NCBI GenBank assembly: GCA_034670305.1
Contig: JAXMNT010000024.1
Span: 1 to 64,000, forward strand
Length of the DNA: 64,000 nucleotides
Origin: Deltaproteobacteria bacterium
Lineage (GTDB): Bacteria; Myxococcota_A; Polyangia; Polyangiales; Houyiibacteriaceae
Reading direction: 5' to 3'
Part shown: positions 21,601 to 33,245 of the stretch, in pieces
How positions within the stretch are numbered: the first letter of the stretch is position 1
Layout: each line of letters starts with the position of its first letter
Program-made: the position numbers and the translations under genes
Notes under the pieces: generated by a model
What the model was told of the DNA's origin: nothing
The model's input: the letters and a program-made list of their open reading frames with translations, nothing else
Database searches by the model: none

Positions 21601-24312
21601 CTACCGCAAGAAGATCCGTGGGTCGTTCGGTCGGGCGTCGATGTGGAAGTGGTCGCGGTGCCCTTCGTTGTAGTTCGGCGTGAGCACGCTCGAGAGCAGC
21701 CGGGTGGCGACCAGGTCGCAGGCGATGGCCCGCAGCGCGCGGGCGCGTCGGTCCCCCCGTGCCGGACCGGTGCAGGTCTCTTGCATCGGCGTCGCTTCGT
21801 AGTGTGAGTACACGCTCAGCCAGCCTTCGTCGGTCCAGAACCGGTTGAGGTCGAGCGCGAGCCCCATCGTGTGGAAGCTGGTCGTCGGGTGGTTGCGGTA
21901 GCTGCTCAGGATCTCCACGCCGTGCACACCGTGCTCCTTGAGCACCCGCATCAACTCGGGGAGCCGGAGCGCCATCTCGCAGGAGGTGAGGAACGGCCGC
22001 TCCTCATGGGTCATGCGCCACCACACGCCTTCGATCGGGCCGAGCAGCTCGACCGGTGAGGGCACGATGCGGCTCGGTTGCAAGGCAGGACGGAACGGCA
22101 CGCCGGCCTCCCGCAACGCCGAATAACATTCCTCCTGCGCGCGAATCGACCAGTCGGCGCGGCGGTCGACCCGCCAGTTCGCTCCGGCGGTCTCGGCCCG
22201 GTAGTTGTGGAAGGTCGGGACACGGGCCCAGATCGCACGCGCCGCGCGGCCCGCCGGATCGCTCGAACGCACGCCGTATCGACCGGGCGGGGCGGGCACT
22301 GGCGGGGAGGGTGGGACCGGCAGGCTCGGCTCCACTTCGGCGACGGTCTCGCCCGTCCCACCAACTTGGTCGTCCGGCCCGCTGCCTTCGTTGGCCGCGG
22401 TCTCGGGTGCACCCGGCAACCGCCATCGGCTGTCGAAGTAACCCTGGGCAACCGCTCGGTTGCGCGCCTGGACCCGCGCCTGTCGGGTGGGAATGGTGCG
22501 CCGGTTGTAGACGATGTAGTCGCACACGAACTCCGGCAGTTTGTTGCCGCGCCCGACGACCTCCGGGGTGACCCCCGCCTGCACGATGACGTAGCGCTGT
22601 GGCGCGAGCGGGTTCGGGTAGACGAAGCGCACGCCCACGTCGTTGCCGGTGTGGCGGGTCTCTCCGACCACCACCGCGTTGGCTTCGAGGCGGATCGGGA
22701 GCGCACCTGCGATGCGCTCGAGCACCGCGTTGTCGCCCGGCGACGCGTAGAGCACGACGTGGGCGTTCTGCATGGTTTCGATGTCGAGCTCGGTGTCGGC
22801 CATGACCTCCTGGCGCAGGTCCCAAGACCACAGTGGCCAGCCGCGCGCGCCCCGCTCGGCCGCGTCCCGCAGCGCGTCCGTGTGCTCGGCGTTCTGGGTG
22901 CCGTACACGTGCACCATGCGTTCGTAGTACGCGTCGGTGATCGGTCCGCTGAGGCCCGGCTTCTTGTGCATGCCCGCGTCGTCCGGAAACCCGGCGGCCC
23001 AGGTGTTCGCCCCTGGCCGTCGAACGAAGTGTGCGACCTGACCGAGCGCTGCGGCCTCGCCGCGGTACACGGCGGCGCCGTCGATGGTGATTTGCGTCGG
23101 CCCGCGCAGGGGCGCGTCTCGCAGGTCGATCGAGAACGCGCGGGTGTTCTCGGTGGTGACCGTCAACGTGCCCGCCGCATCGTCGGCGACTGCATGCACC
23201 GTGGCGAGTTCCGGGAACACATCGATGCGGGTGACGTCCACCCAGTGCTGCCGGGACGCCCGGTAGTCGCCCGTGACGACGGTGACCTCGCGCGGCGACC
23301 GGTCGCGCCGGGTCTCGAGTCCGTCGTAGACGCGGCCATGGCGGTGCACCCGGTAGAGGATGTCGTGGCCCATCTCGTACCAGTTCTCGTCTGCTTCCAC
23401 GCCTGCCCGCTGGAGCGCGGTGGTGAACTCCCGCACGTAGGCAGGACGCATCGGTCCGGTGTCGGTGGTGCCGTGGTAGTAGCGGAAGTCGGTGTTGTTG
23501 TAGTTCCGGGCGAGGTGGATGCCGCTGTACCGCGGCACCTCGGTGCGCTCGACGTCCCGCAAGCGCCCGCGGCCACCGAGGTACTGCTGCCAACTCGGCG
23601 CGCCCGCCATCGCCTGGACCACGGCGAAACGGGACGCGTGGCGTGCACCGATCGCGTACGCGCCCACGCCGCCGTTGCTCAGGCCACCGAGGACCACGCG
23701 ATCGGGATCGACGCTGTAGTGCGCCTGCACGTCGTCGATGACGTCGAGCACGTCTTGTTCGCCCATCCAGCGCCACATGATCTGTCCGAACCCGGTCGGC
23801 GCGACGACGATCCAATCCGGCGACCAGCGCGGCGTGTAGTCGTCGTACAGGTGCTGGTCGTACGTGAGCCAGTCCATGTTGTTGCCGAGCACGACGCCGA
23901 GGAAGAGGTTGCCGTTGGACGAGCCGCCGTGGAGCGCGACGTAGAGTGGGTAGGTCTGGCTCGGGTCGTAGTCGGGCGGGAGGTAGACCGCGTACCCCTG
24001 CAGCACGGTGCTGATCTCGCTCCGGTAGCCTCGGTTGACGATCTCGCCTTTGGCGAGCGGGTAGGGGTCGACCCCGCCTTCGGCCTGGGTGAGGTAGCGC
24101 GTTGCCCGTCGTCGCCACGCAGCGGCGGGTTCTTCGAAGCGGTCTTCGATGCGGTCGGCGGTGTCGAGCAGGTGCTGAATGCTGTCCAGGGCACCGGCCG
24201 GAACCGTGGCCGCGGCCCGCAACGCCGTGAGTCGTTCCCGGGGGCCCTGCGCCTCCGCGAGGGAGAGCGACATGGATGCCAACGCACACGCGAGGACCAA
24301 CCGGACGAACAT
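21601..24312 (-). CDS. Secreted alpha/beta-hydrolase (esterase/S9-like) fused to C-terminal Extensin-like-C domain
   Basis: Signal peptide; YLPPDYD..YPLYVALHG, GLSNGG, HG.TD, GH; C-terminal SC..A, SFH..GLALD, VLTPNYN..HRDHFHID; alternative ATG at 24318. Confidence 0.75.
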   Translation of the reverse strand: MFVRLVLACALASMSLSLAEAQGPRERLTALRAAATVPAGALDSIQHLLDTADRIEDRFEEPAAAWRRRATRYLTQAEGGVDPYPLAKGEIVNRGYRSEISTVLQGYAVYLPPDYDPSQTYPLYVALHGGSSNGNLFLGVVLGNNMDWLTYDQHLYDDYTPRWSPDWIVVAPTGFGQIMWRWMGEQDVLDVIDDVQAHYSVDPDRVVLGGLSNGGVGAYAIGARHASRFAVVQAMAGAPSWQQYLGGRGRLRDVERTEVPRYSGIHLARNYNNTDFRYYHGTTDTGPMRPAYVREFTTALQRAGVEADENWYEMGHDILYRVHRHGRVYDGLETRRDRSPREVTVVTGDYRASRQHWVDVTRIDVFPELATVHAVADDAAGTLTVTTENTRAFSIDLRDAPLRGPTQITIDGAAVYRGEAAALGQVAHFVRRPGANTWAAGFPDDAGMHKKPGLSGPITDAYYERMVHVYGTQNAEHTDALRDAAERGARGWPLWSWDLRQEVMADTELDIETMQNAHVVLYASPGDNAVLERIAGALPIRLEANAVVVGETRHTGNDVGVRFVYPNPLAPQRYVIVQAGVTPEVVGRGNKLPEFVCDYIVYNRRTIPTRQARVQARNRAVAQGYFDSRWRLPGAPETAANEGSGPDDQVGGTGETVAEVEPSLPVPPSPPVPAPPGRYGVRSSDPAGRAARAIWARVPTFHNYRAETAGANWRVDRRADWSIRAQEECYSALREAGVPFRPALQPSRIVPSPVELLGPIEGVWWRMTHEERPFLTSCEMALRLPELMRVLKEHGVHGVEILSSYRNHPTTSFHTMGLALDLNRFWTDEGWLSVYSHYEATPMQETCTGPARGDRRARALRAIACDLVATRLLSSVLTPNYNEGHRDHFHIDARPNDPRIFLR

Positions 24313-24396
24313 GCGCATACGTTAGGAACTTCGAGTTGCGGGTCAAATGTTCCGATCGATCTTAACGAGAGGGGATCTCCTGAGATACGCTGCGGC

Positions 24397-24921
24397 ATGT
24401 TCCTCATCCTCGGTCTGGGTCTCGCCGCCGCGCTCGGCATCGCCATGGTGCTCGCCATCAAATCTCCGCGCGAGACCGACGGCCGCAGCCAGGCTGTGGC
24501 CGGCTTCAACGTGTTCTGGGGTGTCGTCACGATGCTCTTCTTCGCCCCCGCGGGCTGCCTGGCCGCCCTGATGGCGTTCGATCGCGCGCCCATCGGTGGC
24601 ATCGCCATCGGTTTGGTGAGCCTCGATGGATTTGCCCTCGGGATCGCGTTGTTCGTCGCGGCGCGCCGGCTTCTGAAGCTGCACAAGCTCGAGAAGGTCA
24701 AGAGCATCGCGTACTGGTCGTTCGTCCACCACGCGGCGGTGGTCGTCGCGTTCGTGTTGGCGATGGGCGCGTTCGACGACCTCGCCTTGTTCACCACGAT
24801 TCCCTGCGCGATCGGCGCGGCGCTCGCCTTTGGTCTGATCCGGCGGGTGGACCGGGACCGGGCCGCGGCGGAGAAGGAAGGGGTGCTCGAGCCCGACCCG
24901 GACAAGCCCCAAGCGTTCTGA
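24397..24921 (+). CDS. Hypothetical integral membrane protein (~5 TM)
   Basis: Several hydrophobic segments; GC3-rich codon use. Confidence 0.7.
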   Translation: MFLILGLGLAAALGIAMVLAIKSPRETDGRSQAVAGFNVFWGVVTMLFFAPAGCLAALMAFDRAPIGGIAIGLVSLDGFALGIALFVAARRLLKLHKLEKVKSIAYWSFVHHAAVVVAFVLAMGAFDDLALFTTIPCAIGAALAFGLIRRVDRDRAAAEKEGVLEPDPDKPQAF

Positions 24922-24979
24922 GGTCGCGGTCCCGCATCGCGGGGTCGACGGGGAGGGACATCCGCGGTACCTCCCGCGC

Positions 24980-26382
<1,403 letters not shown>

Positions 26383-26386
<4 letters not shown>

Positions 26387-27537
26387 GCGTCTCGATCCAC
26401 GGGCACGACCCGGGCACCGATCTGGCGGACTTCATGAAGGTCGCGGACGTGGTCTACGCGGATGACCCCGCGTACATCGCGCCGCTCCGCATGGAAGTGA
26501 AAGAGCGTCTGACGCCCGGCAAGAACCCGTTCTGGGCCCACGCGGAGGGACGGCTCTTCACCGCCCGCCGAGACGGCCAACTCGTCGGCCGCATCAGCGC
26601 GCAGATCGACCACGAACACCTCAAACACCACCAGGACGGCGCGGGCTTCTTTGGGTTCTTCGACACCATCGACGACGCCGAAGTCGCCGACGCGCTCTTG
26701 GCCGAAGCCGAAGCCTGGCTGCGCGCCAAAGGGTCGACCGTGATGCGGGGCCCGTTCTCGCTCTCTATCAACGAAGAGAGCGGCGTGCTCGTCGATGGGT
26801 TCGACACCCCGCCCGCGCTGATGATGCCGCACCACCGCGTGTACCAGAGCGGCCACCTCGACCGGCTCGGGTTCGTGAAGGCCAAAGATCTCTGGGCGTG
26901 GAAGTACGTGGTCGCCGAGCCGCCGAAACGCGCGGCCCGAGCTTGGGAGTCCATGCAGGCGCTCCCCGAAGTCCGGTTTCGCAGCGTGGACCCGTCGCGC
27001 ATGCGCGCGGAGCTCGACAGCATTCTCGACATCTTCAACGACGCTTGGAAAGACAACTGGGGTTTCGTCCCGGCCACCGAAGCCGAAGTCGAGAAGATGG
27101 CGAAAGACATGAAGCTGTTGATCGACCCGCGCCTCGCGTTCTTCGCCGAGGTGAAAGAGGAGCCGGTCGGCATGTGCGTCTGCTTGCCCAACTTGCCCAC
27201 GCTCACCCACGACCTGAACGGCAGACTCGCGCCCTTCGGCTGGGCGAAGTTGCTGTGGCGCCTGAAGGTGAAGAAGCCGCGGGCCGGTCGGCTCATGCTG
27301 CTCGGCATCAAACAGAAGATGCGCGGCAAACGCCGCTACGGTGGCCTCAGCACCGCGATGTACGCGGAGCTCGCCTACCGGGGCATTCAGCACGACTTCG
27401 AGTGGGCCGAGCTGAGCTGGACCCTCGAAGACAACCGGCCGATCAACCTCGGCATCAAAGCCATGCGCGCGAAGGTCTACAAGACCTACCGCGTGTACGA
27501 GAAGCCCCTCGCTTCCACCTCGAACGGAGCCCGCTGA
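26383..27537 (+). CDS. YghO-like tandem GNAT acyltransferase (bacterial ceramide synthase-like)
   Basis: [61 protein letters not shown] start overlaps fumC stop. Confidence 0.75.
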
Positions 27538-27959
27538 TGCTCGACGCCGGACTTCGCGCCCTCCACCTCTTCGGCGCGGTGCTGTGGATGGGCTCCGCCA
27601 TCTCGATGGCGCTCCTCGCTGCGATGGCATCGGCCGATGACCAGACCAAAGCGGCCACCTTCGCCCGGACGATCGTCCGCAAGGTGAGCACCCCCGCGAT
27701 GGTGCTCGCCTGGCTCGGTGGCCTGACCATCCTCGCGATCGGTTGGTCCGGGTACGCGCGGGCTCCGTGGATGCACACGAAGTTGCTCTTGGTGTTCATC
27801 GGCGCTGGGCTCACCGGTGCGCTCGGAGGGCGGCTCCGCCGGATGGCGGAAGGCGAAGCGGCGAAGGTGAAGCCGCTCGCGATCGCGCTCGTGGTGGTGC
27901 TGGCGTTGGTGATCTTCATGGTGCTGCTCGGGCCACACCTGATGCCTGCCCGGGCCTGA
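27537..27959 (+). CDS. HemJ/CopD-like small membrane protein
   Basis: LHLFGAVLWMG and WMHTKLLLV motifs, 4 TM; ATG overlaps upstream TGA. Confidence 0.6.
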   Translation: MLDAGLRALHLFGAVLWMGSAISMALLAAMASADDQTKAATFARTIVRKVSTPAMVLAWLGGLTILAIGWSGYARAPWMHTKLLLVFIGAGLTGALGGRLRRMAEGEAAKVKPLAIALVVVLALVIFMVLLGPHLMPARA

Positions 27960-27968
27960 CCGCTCTTC

Positions 27969-28072
27969 TTGCCGCTACGGGCCTGGCTCGCTTCGCGAGA
28001 CTGCCGGGTCTGAGCCACCCGTGGTCCCCTGTGTGAACGGTGGGCCACGTCTCGCGGGGGCTGGATCGGCAA
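27969..28072 (+). ncRNA. Candidate structured RNA (three-way junction)
   Basis: TTGCCG/CGGCAA, CGCGAGAC/GTCTCGCG, GGGT/ACCC, GTGGTCC/GGGCCAC pairings and a GTGA (GNRA) tetraloop; family not recognised. Confidence 0.3.
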
Positions 28073-28121
28073 TTCCTCCGTGATCTCGCGGCTGGCACGG
28101 GTTTGGCTTAAGCTGCACTCC

Positions 28122-28646
28122 ATGACCCGCGTTTCCTTCTCTCTCGTCGCACTCCTCCTGGCCCTCGGAAGCGGCTGCGCCGACGATCCGCACCTCTCGG
28201 TGCTCGGCAACGTGGAGATCGAGGTCGATGGTTCGACCACGGGCTTCGAGTTCGCCCAGCAGACCAACCTCATCGAAGAGGACCTGCTCGAACCCGGCGA
28301 GACCCTGTTCGCAGGGCACTGCCGGATCGGCGAGACCGAAGAAGGCCGCTTCGTCAGCGTCGCCCTTGTCCGCCCCGACGCCGCGAGCGAAGGCATCCAA
28401 GCCGAACGATTCCGCATCCGCATGCCGGTTGACGGCGGCACCCGAGGGAGCCGCGTCGAAGCGCTGCTCGGCGGCACCGACTTCTCGGCCACCCTCGACG
28501 ACGCCGGTTGCGACGTGACCGTGGACTACGTCAGCAGCGACGACGCCATCGCCGGCCTCACCTTCGACTGCACCATGCGTGACGCCGACAACGTCGCCGC
28601 CCGGGCGGTCGGTGAGCTGCACTACGGCGCCTGCACCGCGCAGTAA
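28122..28646 (+). CDS. Hypothetical lipoprotein
   Basis: Signal peptide ending LGSGC; four further Cys. Confidence 0.72.
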   Translation: MTRVSFSLVALLLALGSGCADDPHLSVLGNVEIEVDGSTTGFEFAQQTNLIEEDLLEPGETLFAGHCRIGETEEGRFVSVALVRPDAASEGIQAERFRIRMPVDGGTRGSRVEALLGGTDFSATLDDAGCDVTVDYVSSDDAIAGLTFDCTMRDADNVAARAVGELHYGACTAQ

Positions 28647-28673
28647 AAAGAGCCAGCAACCAAAACTGCGGTT

Positions 28674-29148
28674 CCCTGCCCTTGCCCCTGCCCCTGCCCT
28701 TGCCCTTGGGTTCAGAAGCAGAGTAGGCGAAGCAGAGTCGGCGACAGAAGCAGAGTCGGCGACAGAAGCAGAGTCGGCGACAGAAGCAGAGTCGGCGACA
28801 GAAGCAGAGTCGGCGACAACCGCGCGCCAGGTGATCGGAAGCGGCTTCGGAGATCGGGATCGGCTTCGGGATCGGCTTCGGTAGCGGATCGGGCACGGGC
28901 ACGGGCAAGGGCACGGGCACGGGTCACACAACGCATCCTCTCCTTCGGATTCGGATTCGGATTCGGCATCGCCCATCGGACCTTCGGCTTCTGGATCGGC
29001 ATCGGCTTCGGGATCGGCTTCGCATTCGGGCTTCGGCTTCGGATTCGGGATCGGCTTCGGCTTCGGCTTCGGCGTCGGCTTCGGCGTCGGCTTCGGAGTC
29101 GGCTTCGGCGTCGCCTTCAGCGTCGGCTTCGGCGTCGCCATCAGCTTC
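28674..29148. repeat. Compound hexamer-repeat element R5
   Basis: C-cap 28674-28707; 18-mer array 28729-28818; short core ~28843-28880; G-cap 28891-28923; further (GGCTTC/GGATTC/GGCGTC)n 28944-29148. Confidence 0.92.
28729..28818. repeat. Five perfect tandem copies of GAAGCAGAGTCGGCGACA (18 bp)
   Basis: Direct reading; no spacers. Confidence 0.95.
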
Positions 29149-31513
29149 CATCGTCTCGCGGCTCCTCCACGTCGGCCTTCCCCCCACGCTTCCCCACCGC
29201 CACCTCCACCGCCGTCCGCCACCGCAACCCCACCGGCCCCTCGCCGGCTTCGACCCCCTCGAGCTCCACGCCGCCGACCTCTGACGTGCACAAGAGCGGG
29301 ATGCCGAACTCCGCGTACCGCGCGACCACGTCCGGGTGCGGGTGGCCGTAGCGGTTGCTGCGACCCTGGCTGGCGATCGCGACCCGCGGCTGCACCGCCG
29401 CCAACAGCGCGGCCGACGACGACGTGCGCGAACCGTGGTGTCCGACCTTCAAGACATCGGCGCGCACATTCATCTCCGCGAGCTCTGCTTCGGCGAAGCC
29501 TTCGGCGTCGCCGGTGAAGAGGATGCGCAGCCCGCCGTGCGACACCCGCAGTACGAGTGAGTTGTCGTTCGGATCGTAGCCGGGATCGAACGCGGGACAC
29601 GGCCAGAGCACTTCGATCCGCGCGCCCCCGATCTCGTGGGTGCCACACACGTCCGAGGCGAACCGCACCCGCGTGCCGCGGCTTCGAAACGCGCGCAGCA
29701 GATGCGCGGCCGGCCCGTGCGGGTTCTCGTGCCAGCCCTGGCCCGACGCCCAGAGTTCTTCGACCGGCACCTCGTCGAGCAGCGCGCGCAAGCCTTCGTA
29801 GTGATCGGGATGCGGGTGCGAGACGACCACCAGGCGCAGCGCCGAACGCCGCCGCGCCTGCAGCAGCGGCCACAGGGCCCGCGCGCCGGGATCCGGCTGG
29901 CCCCCACCCGCGTCGATCAGCATCGCGCTCCCGTCGGGCAAGTCGACGATCGAGCCGTCGCCTTGGCCGACGTCGAGGAAGGTCGCGCGCAGCTGGTTCG
30001 GGTGCTGCTCGTGCCGCAGCCACATCTCCGCGCCGCCGACGCCCACGACCACCAGCACCAACAAGACGAGCCGGCGCCGGCTCGTCGGACCGAGCAGCAA
30101 GAGCGCCGCCACACATGCGAGCGTGCCCTGCAGGATCGACGGCGGCGGCAGCCGGCCCTCGCCGAGGCCGGCGAAGAACGCAGCCGCGGCGGTCAGACCG
30201 TCCACGCCCAACGTGAACACATCCGCCGTCAGACCTCCGAGTCCGATCCCGGCGAAGCACGCGTGCAAGAACGCGCATGGCACGAGCATCAGCGTCGCCA
30301 GGGGAAGCAAGACGACGTTGGCGAGCACGCCGCCGACGGGCAGCGCGCCGAAACACCAGACCACCAGCGGCGCCGTCGCCACGGTGGTCCGCCAGCTCAG
30401 CGTCCACGCGAGCCGGAACGCGCTGCGTTTCGAGTCCTCCGACCTCTCGAAGCCAACCCGCGGCCGATGCATCGAAACGATCGACGCGGTCGCGCAGACG
30501 CTCAGCAAGAAGGCGGGCCGCACTGCGTCGTCCGGCGTGACCACCGCGAACACCAGACACGCGAGCCCCGCGATTGCGACTGGGTCCGGCCGGCGCCGGA
30601 GCGCGTACAGCCCGAGACCGCCCGTCGCCATCAACGCGGCCCGCCACGCGCTCGGTGCGCCGCCTGCCATCACCGCGAACCCGAGCGCGACCGGGATGCC
30701 GAGCAGACACGCGGCGCGGCGGGCATCGAGCACCCGGCCGCGCAGGAGCCGCTCCGAAAGGAAGACGACGAACCCGACCAGGAGTGCGACGTGCAAACCA
30801 GAGACGGCGAGCAAGTGCGCGAGTCCGGCGCCGCGAATCGTGTCGCGGTCGTCGCGGTCGACCGCCGCGCCGTCGCCGAGCAAGAGGGCGCGGGCGACGC
30901 CCGCCGCGTGGGGCGGGAGCGTCGTGTTCAGCGTTTGTCGCAGCTGTCCGCGCGCGCGATGAAGCGTGCCGCCGAGGATCCCTTGGTCGATGACTCGGGG
31001 CTCCGCGACGAGCGTGGCTTCCCCATCGACCGGACGCGCGTCGAGCCAGCGCGGGTGCGGCGTCTCGTTGACGAAGCGGGTCGCGGGCCGAAGCCGAACG
31101 AGCAGCTGCGCGCGGCACCGGGGCGGCAAGTCGAGCGGCTGAATGCGCAACCGCATCGGTGCGACGAGGGGTGCGTCGCCCTCGAGCAACGAGCCCTCCA
31201 CCAACTGCACGGTGGCGACCGCGTCTTCGCTGCGGTGGCGGACCGACTCGACCACGACCTCCATGCGCGCGAGCCCGCGCGGCACGTCGTGGGTGCTCGG
31301 CCGTGGCGCCGCGACGAGTCCTGCGGCAAACGCACCGACCGCGAGCAGCAGCGCCCACGATCGCGCCCGGGCGCGCTGCCCCGCGTAGCCGAGGAGGGTG
31401 CAGAGGACCAGCACCGCGAGCGCCCAGGGCGCGCCGCGGCCCGTGTCCGGCAGGAGGGAAGCGCCGAGCAGCAGGCCCGCGACCCAGGCGGCGGCGATGA
31501 AGGCGAGAAGCAT
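29141..31513 (-). CDS. comEC: DNA uptake competence protein ComEC/Rec2
   Basis: [21 protein letters not shown] domain [37 protein letters not shown]. Confidence 0.93.
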   Translation of the reverse strand: MLLAFIAAAWVAGLLLGASLLPDTGRGAPWALAVLVLCTLLGYAGQRARARSWALLLAVGAFAAGLVAAPRPSTHDVPRGLARMEVVVESVRHRSEDAVATVQLVEGSLLEGDAPLVAPMRLRIQPLDLPPRCRAQLLVRLRPATRFVNETPHPRWLDARPVDGEATLVAEPRVIDQGILGGTLHRARGQLRQTLNTTLPPHAAGVARALLLGDGAAVDRDDRDTIRGAGLAHLLAVSGLHVALLVGFVVFLSERLLRGRVLDARRAACLLGIPVALGFAVMAGGAPSAWRAALMATGGLGLYALRRRPDPVAIAGLACLVFAVVTPDDAVRPAFLLSVCATASIVSMHRPRVGFERSEDSKRSAFRLAWTLSWRTTVATAPLVVWCFGALPVGGVLANVVLLPLATLMLVPCAFLHACFAGIGLGGLTADVFTLGVDGLTAAAAFFAGLGEGRLPPPSILQGTLACVAALLLLGPTSRRRLVLLVLVVVGVGGAEMWLRHEQHPNQLRATFLDVGQGDGSIVDLPDGSAMLIDAGGGQPDPGARALWPLLQARRRSALRLVVVSHPHPDHYEGLRALLDEVPVEELWASGQGWHENPHGPAAHLLRAFRSRGTRVRFASDVCGTHEIGGARIEVLWPCPAFDPGYDPNDNSLVLRVSHGGLRILFTGDAEGFAEAELAEMNVRADVLKVGHHGSRTSSSAALLAAVQPRVAIASQGRSNRYGHPHPDVVARYAEFGIPLLCTSEVGGVELEGVEAGEGPVGLRWRTAVEVAVGKRGGKADVEEPRDDGS

Positions 31514-31612
31514 GGGTAGGGGCACACAGCACACGCCGTGCCGTTGGAGGTTCACGGGGTTTCTGGGGCGAGAAGGGTGGCGGCCGACTGGCGGAGCGGT
31601 GGCGGGCCGCCG

Positions 31613-31909
31613 GATCCCGAAGCCGAAGCCGATGGCGAAGCCGATGGCGAAGCCGAAGCCGATGGCGAAGCCGAATCCGAATCCGAAGCCGAATCCGAAG
31701 CCGAAGCCGAAGCCGAAGCCGAATCCGAATCCGAATCCGAATCCGAATCCGAATCCGAATCCGAAGCCGAATCCGAAGCCGAATCCGAATCCGAATCCGA
31801 AGCCGAATCCGAAGCCGAATCCGAATCCGAATCCGAAGCCGAATCCGAAGCCGAATCCGAAGCCGAATCCGAATCCGAAGCCGAATCCGAATCCGCTACC
31901 GAATCCGCC
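31613..31909. repeat. Hexamer core tract R6 (GAAGCC/GAATCC)n
   Basis: Roughly 50 hexamers upstream of comEC; no cap. Confidence 0.92.
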
Positions 31910-31951
31910 ACCCGTTACCGCTGCCGAGTCCGCTGCGCCCCTCTCCGCTGG

Positions 31952-33154
31952 TTAGGGGAGGGCGACTCCGGTCCAGACGGCGAGGCCGGCGCGGCGGAGG
32001 ACGATGTGGTGGTACATGTCCGTGTAGATCGAGAGCGGCATCACCTGGTCGAGGTAGGCGGTGTCTTCGCGGTAGGTGATGGTGGTGCCGGGTGCGTCGA
32101 AGAAGGTGGCGCCCCAGATGTCGAGGAGGACGTCGACCTCATGGGCCAGCAGGCGATGGGAGGCGGTGGTCTCCATCGGAATCGCGGGGTCGCGCATCAT
32201 GCTGCAGTTGCCGCCGAACCCACTCGGCGGAACCGTGGCCGCGGCCGGGTCGATGAGCTGGGTCCGCAAGCGGCCGCGGGTGGCGGCGGCGAAGTCGCTT
32301 CGTGCGACCCGGTGTTCTTCTAGGACGAACCCCGCGTCCCGGGCCGCCGGAATGGACGGGGCGTACAGGACGAACGTTTCCCCACGTTCGCGGTGGGTGA
32401 CGAAGACATCGTGCACCGCGGCCGAACCGGTGTTGCGAATCACGATGTGGCGGTGGTCGGCGCGCCAGGAGGGTCCTCGCCGCAACGAGAGTGCGACGCG
32501 CTCGCGGGTGTCGGCCTCGTAGAAGACGAAGCGCTCGCTCTCGCCCTGGCGGTTGACCCAGGACGCGGCTGGGAACGCGCGCAGCGCATCGACCCAAGGC
32601 ACTCGGTTTGGAGGAGGTGTGTTCAGCGCGGCCGGCGTCAAGGTGAGCTCGTCCCACACGAGCTGTCGGGTCGGATCCGACGGGACGCGTGGCCCTCGGA
32701 CGCCACGCATCGGGTTCAGCTGGGCGCGTTCGGCGACAAGGGTCTCGCGCGCCCGCGTGGCGGCTCGGCTGTTGGCCTGCCGGGGACTGCGCCGCGCATC
32801 AACCTGCGGGTACCAGACCGAGGCACGCCCCTGGGTGAACCCGACCTCGAGGCCGATCGGAACCCGCCGGTTTCCGCTCGCGTAGAAGTGGAGCACCGGG
32901 AGCAGACGAATGCCGGAGTCTGGAGGCAGGTGCCGCGTCGCGCTGGTGGACGGGCGCGAACCTCGAGCCGACCGATGGAAGTAGGGTGGCAACACCACCG
33001 GCGCCTGGGCCGGTGCGCCGCTGGCATCGAACGCTTGCACGCCCCACTCGTGCGCCCAGACGGTCTGCGCACACCAAGACGCCGCTTCGACGGGGGCCGA
33101 GGGAGATCCGGCAAGAGCCAGCATCGCAAAGACACCCACGAAGAAGAACCGCAT
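31952..33154 (-). CDS. Hypothetical secreted protein (HEWG motif)
   Basis: Signal peptide [33 protein letters not shown] segments. Confidence 0.7.
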   Translation of the reverse strand: MRFFFVGVFAMLALAGSPSAPVEAASWCAQTVWAHEWGVQAFDASGAPAQAPVVLPPYFHRSARGSRPSTSATRHLPPDSGIRLLPVLHFYASGNRRVPIGLEVGFTQGRASVWYPQVDARRSPRQANSRAATRARETLVAERAQLNPMRGVRGPRVPSDPTRQLVWDELTLTPAALNTPPPNRVPWVDALRAFPAASWVNRQGESERFVFYEADTRERVALSLRRGPSWRADHRHIVIRNTGSAAVHDVFVTHRERGETFVLYAPSIPAARDAGFVLEEHRVARSDFAAATRGRLRTQLIDPAAATVPPSGFGGNCSMMRDPAIPMETTASHRLLAHEVDVLLDIWGATFFDAPGTTITYREDTAYLDQVMPLSIYTDMYHHIVLRRAGLAVWTGVALP

Positions 33155-33245
33155 GCTTCTACGACGCGCGGGCGCGCTCGATGTTCCACTGGCGGCGCGG
33201 GGAGCCCTGGACGACAAGCGCATCGACCACAGGATACGGTCCACC

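Noticed and set aside
28093-28108. Sigma-54 promoter-like TGGCAC-N5-TGGCT
   Set aside because: Imperfect -12 element; the adjacent TAAGCT 7 nt before ATG 28122 fits the leaderless sigma-70 pattern better.
28729-28818. Possible CRISPR array
   Set aside because: Units are contiguous 18-mers without spacers, and no cas genes are present in the window.
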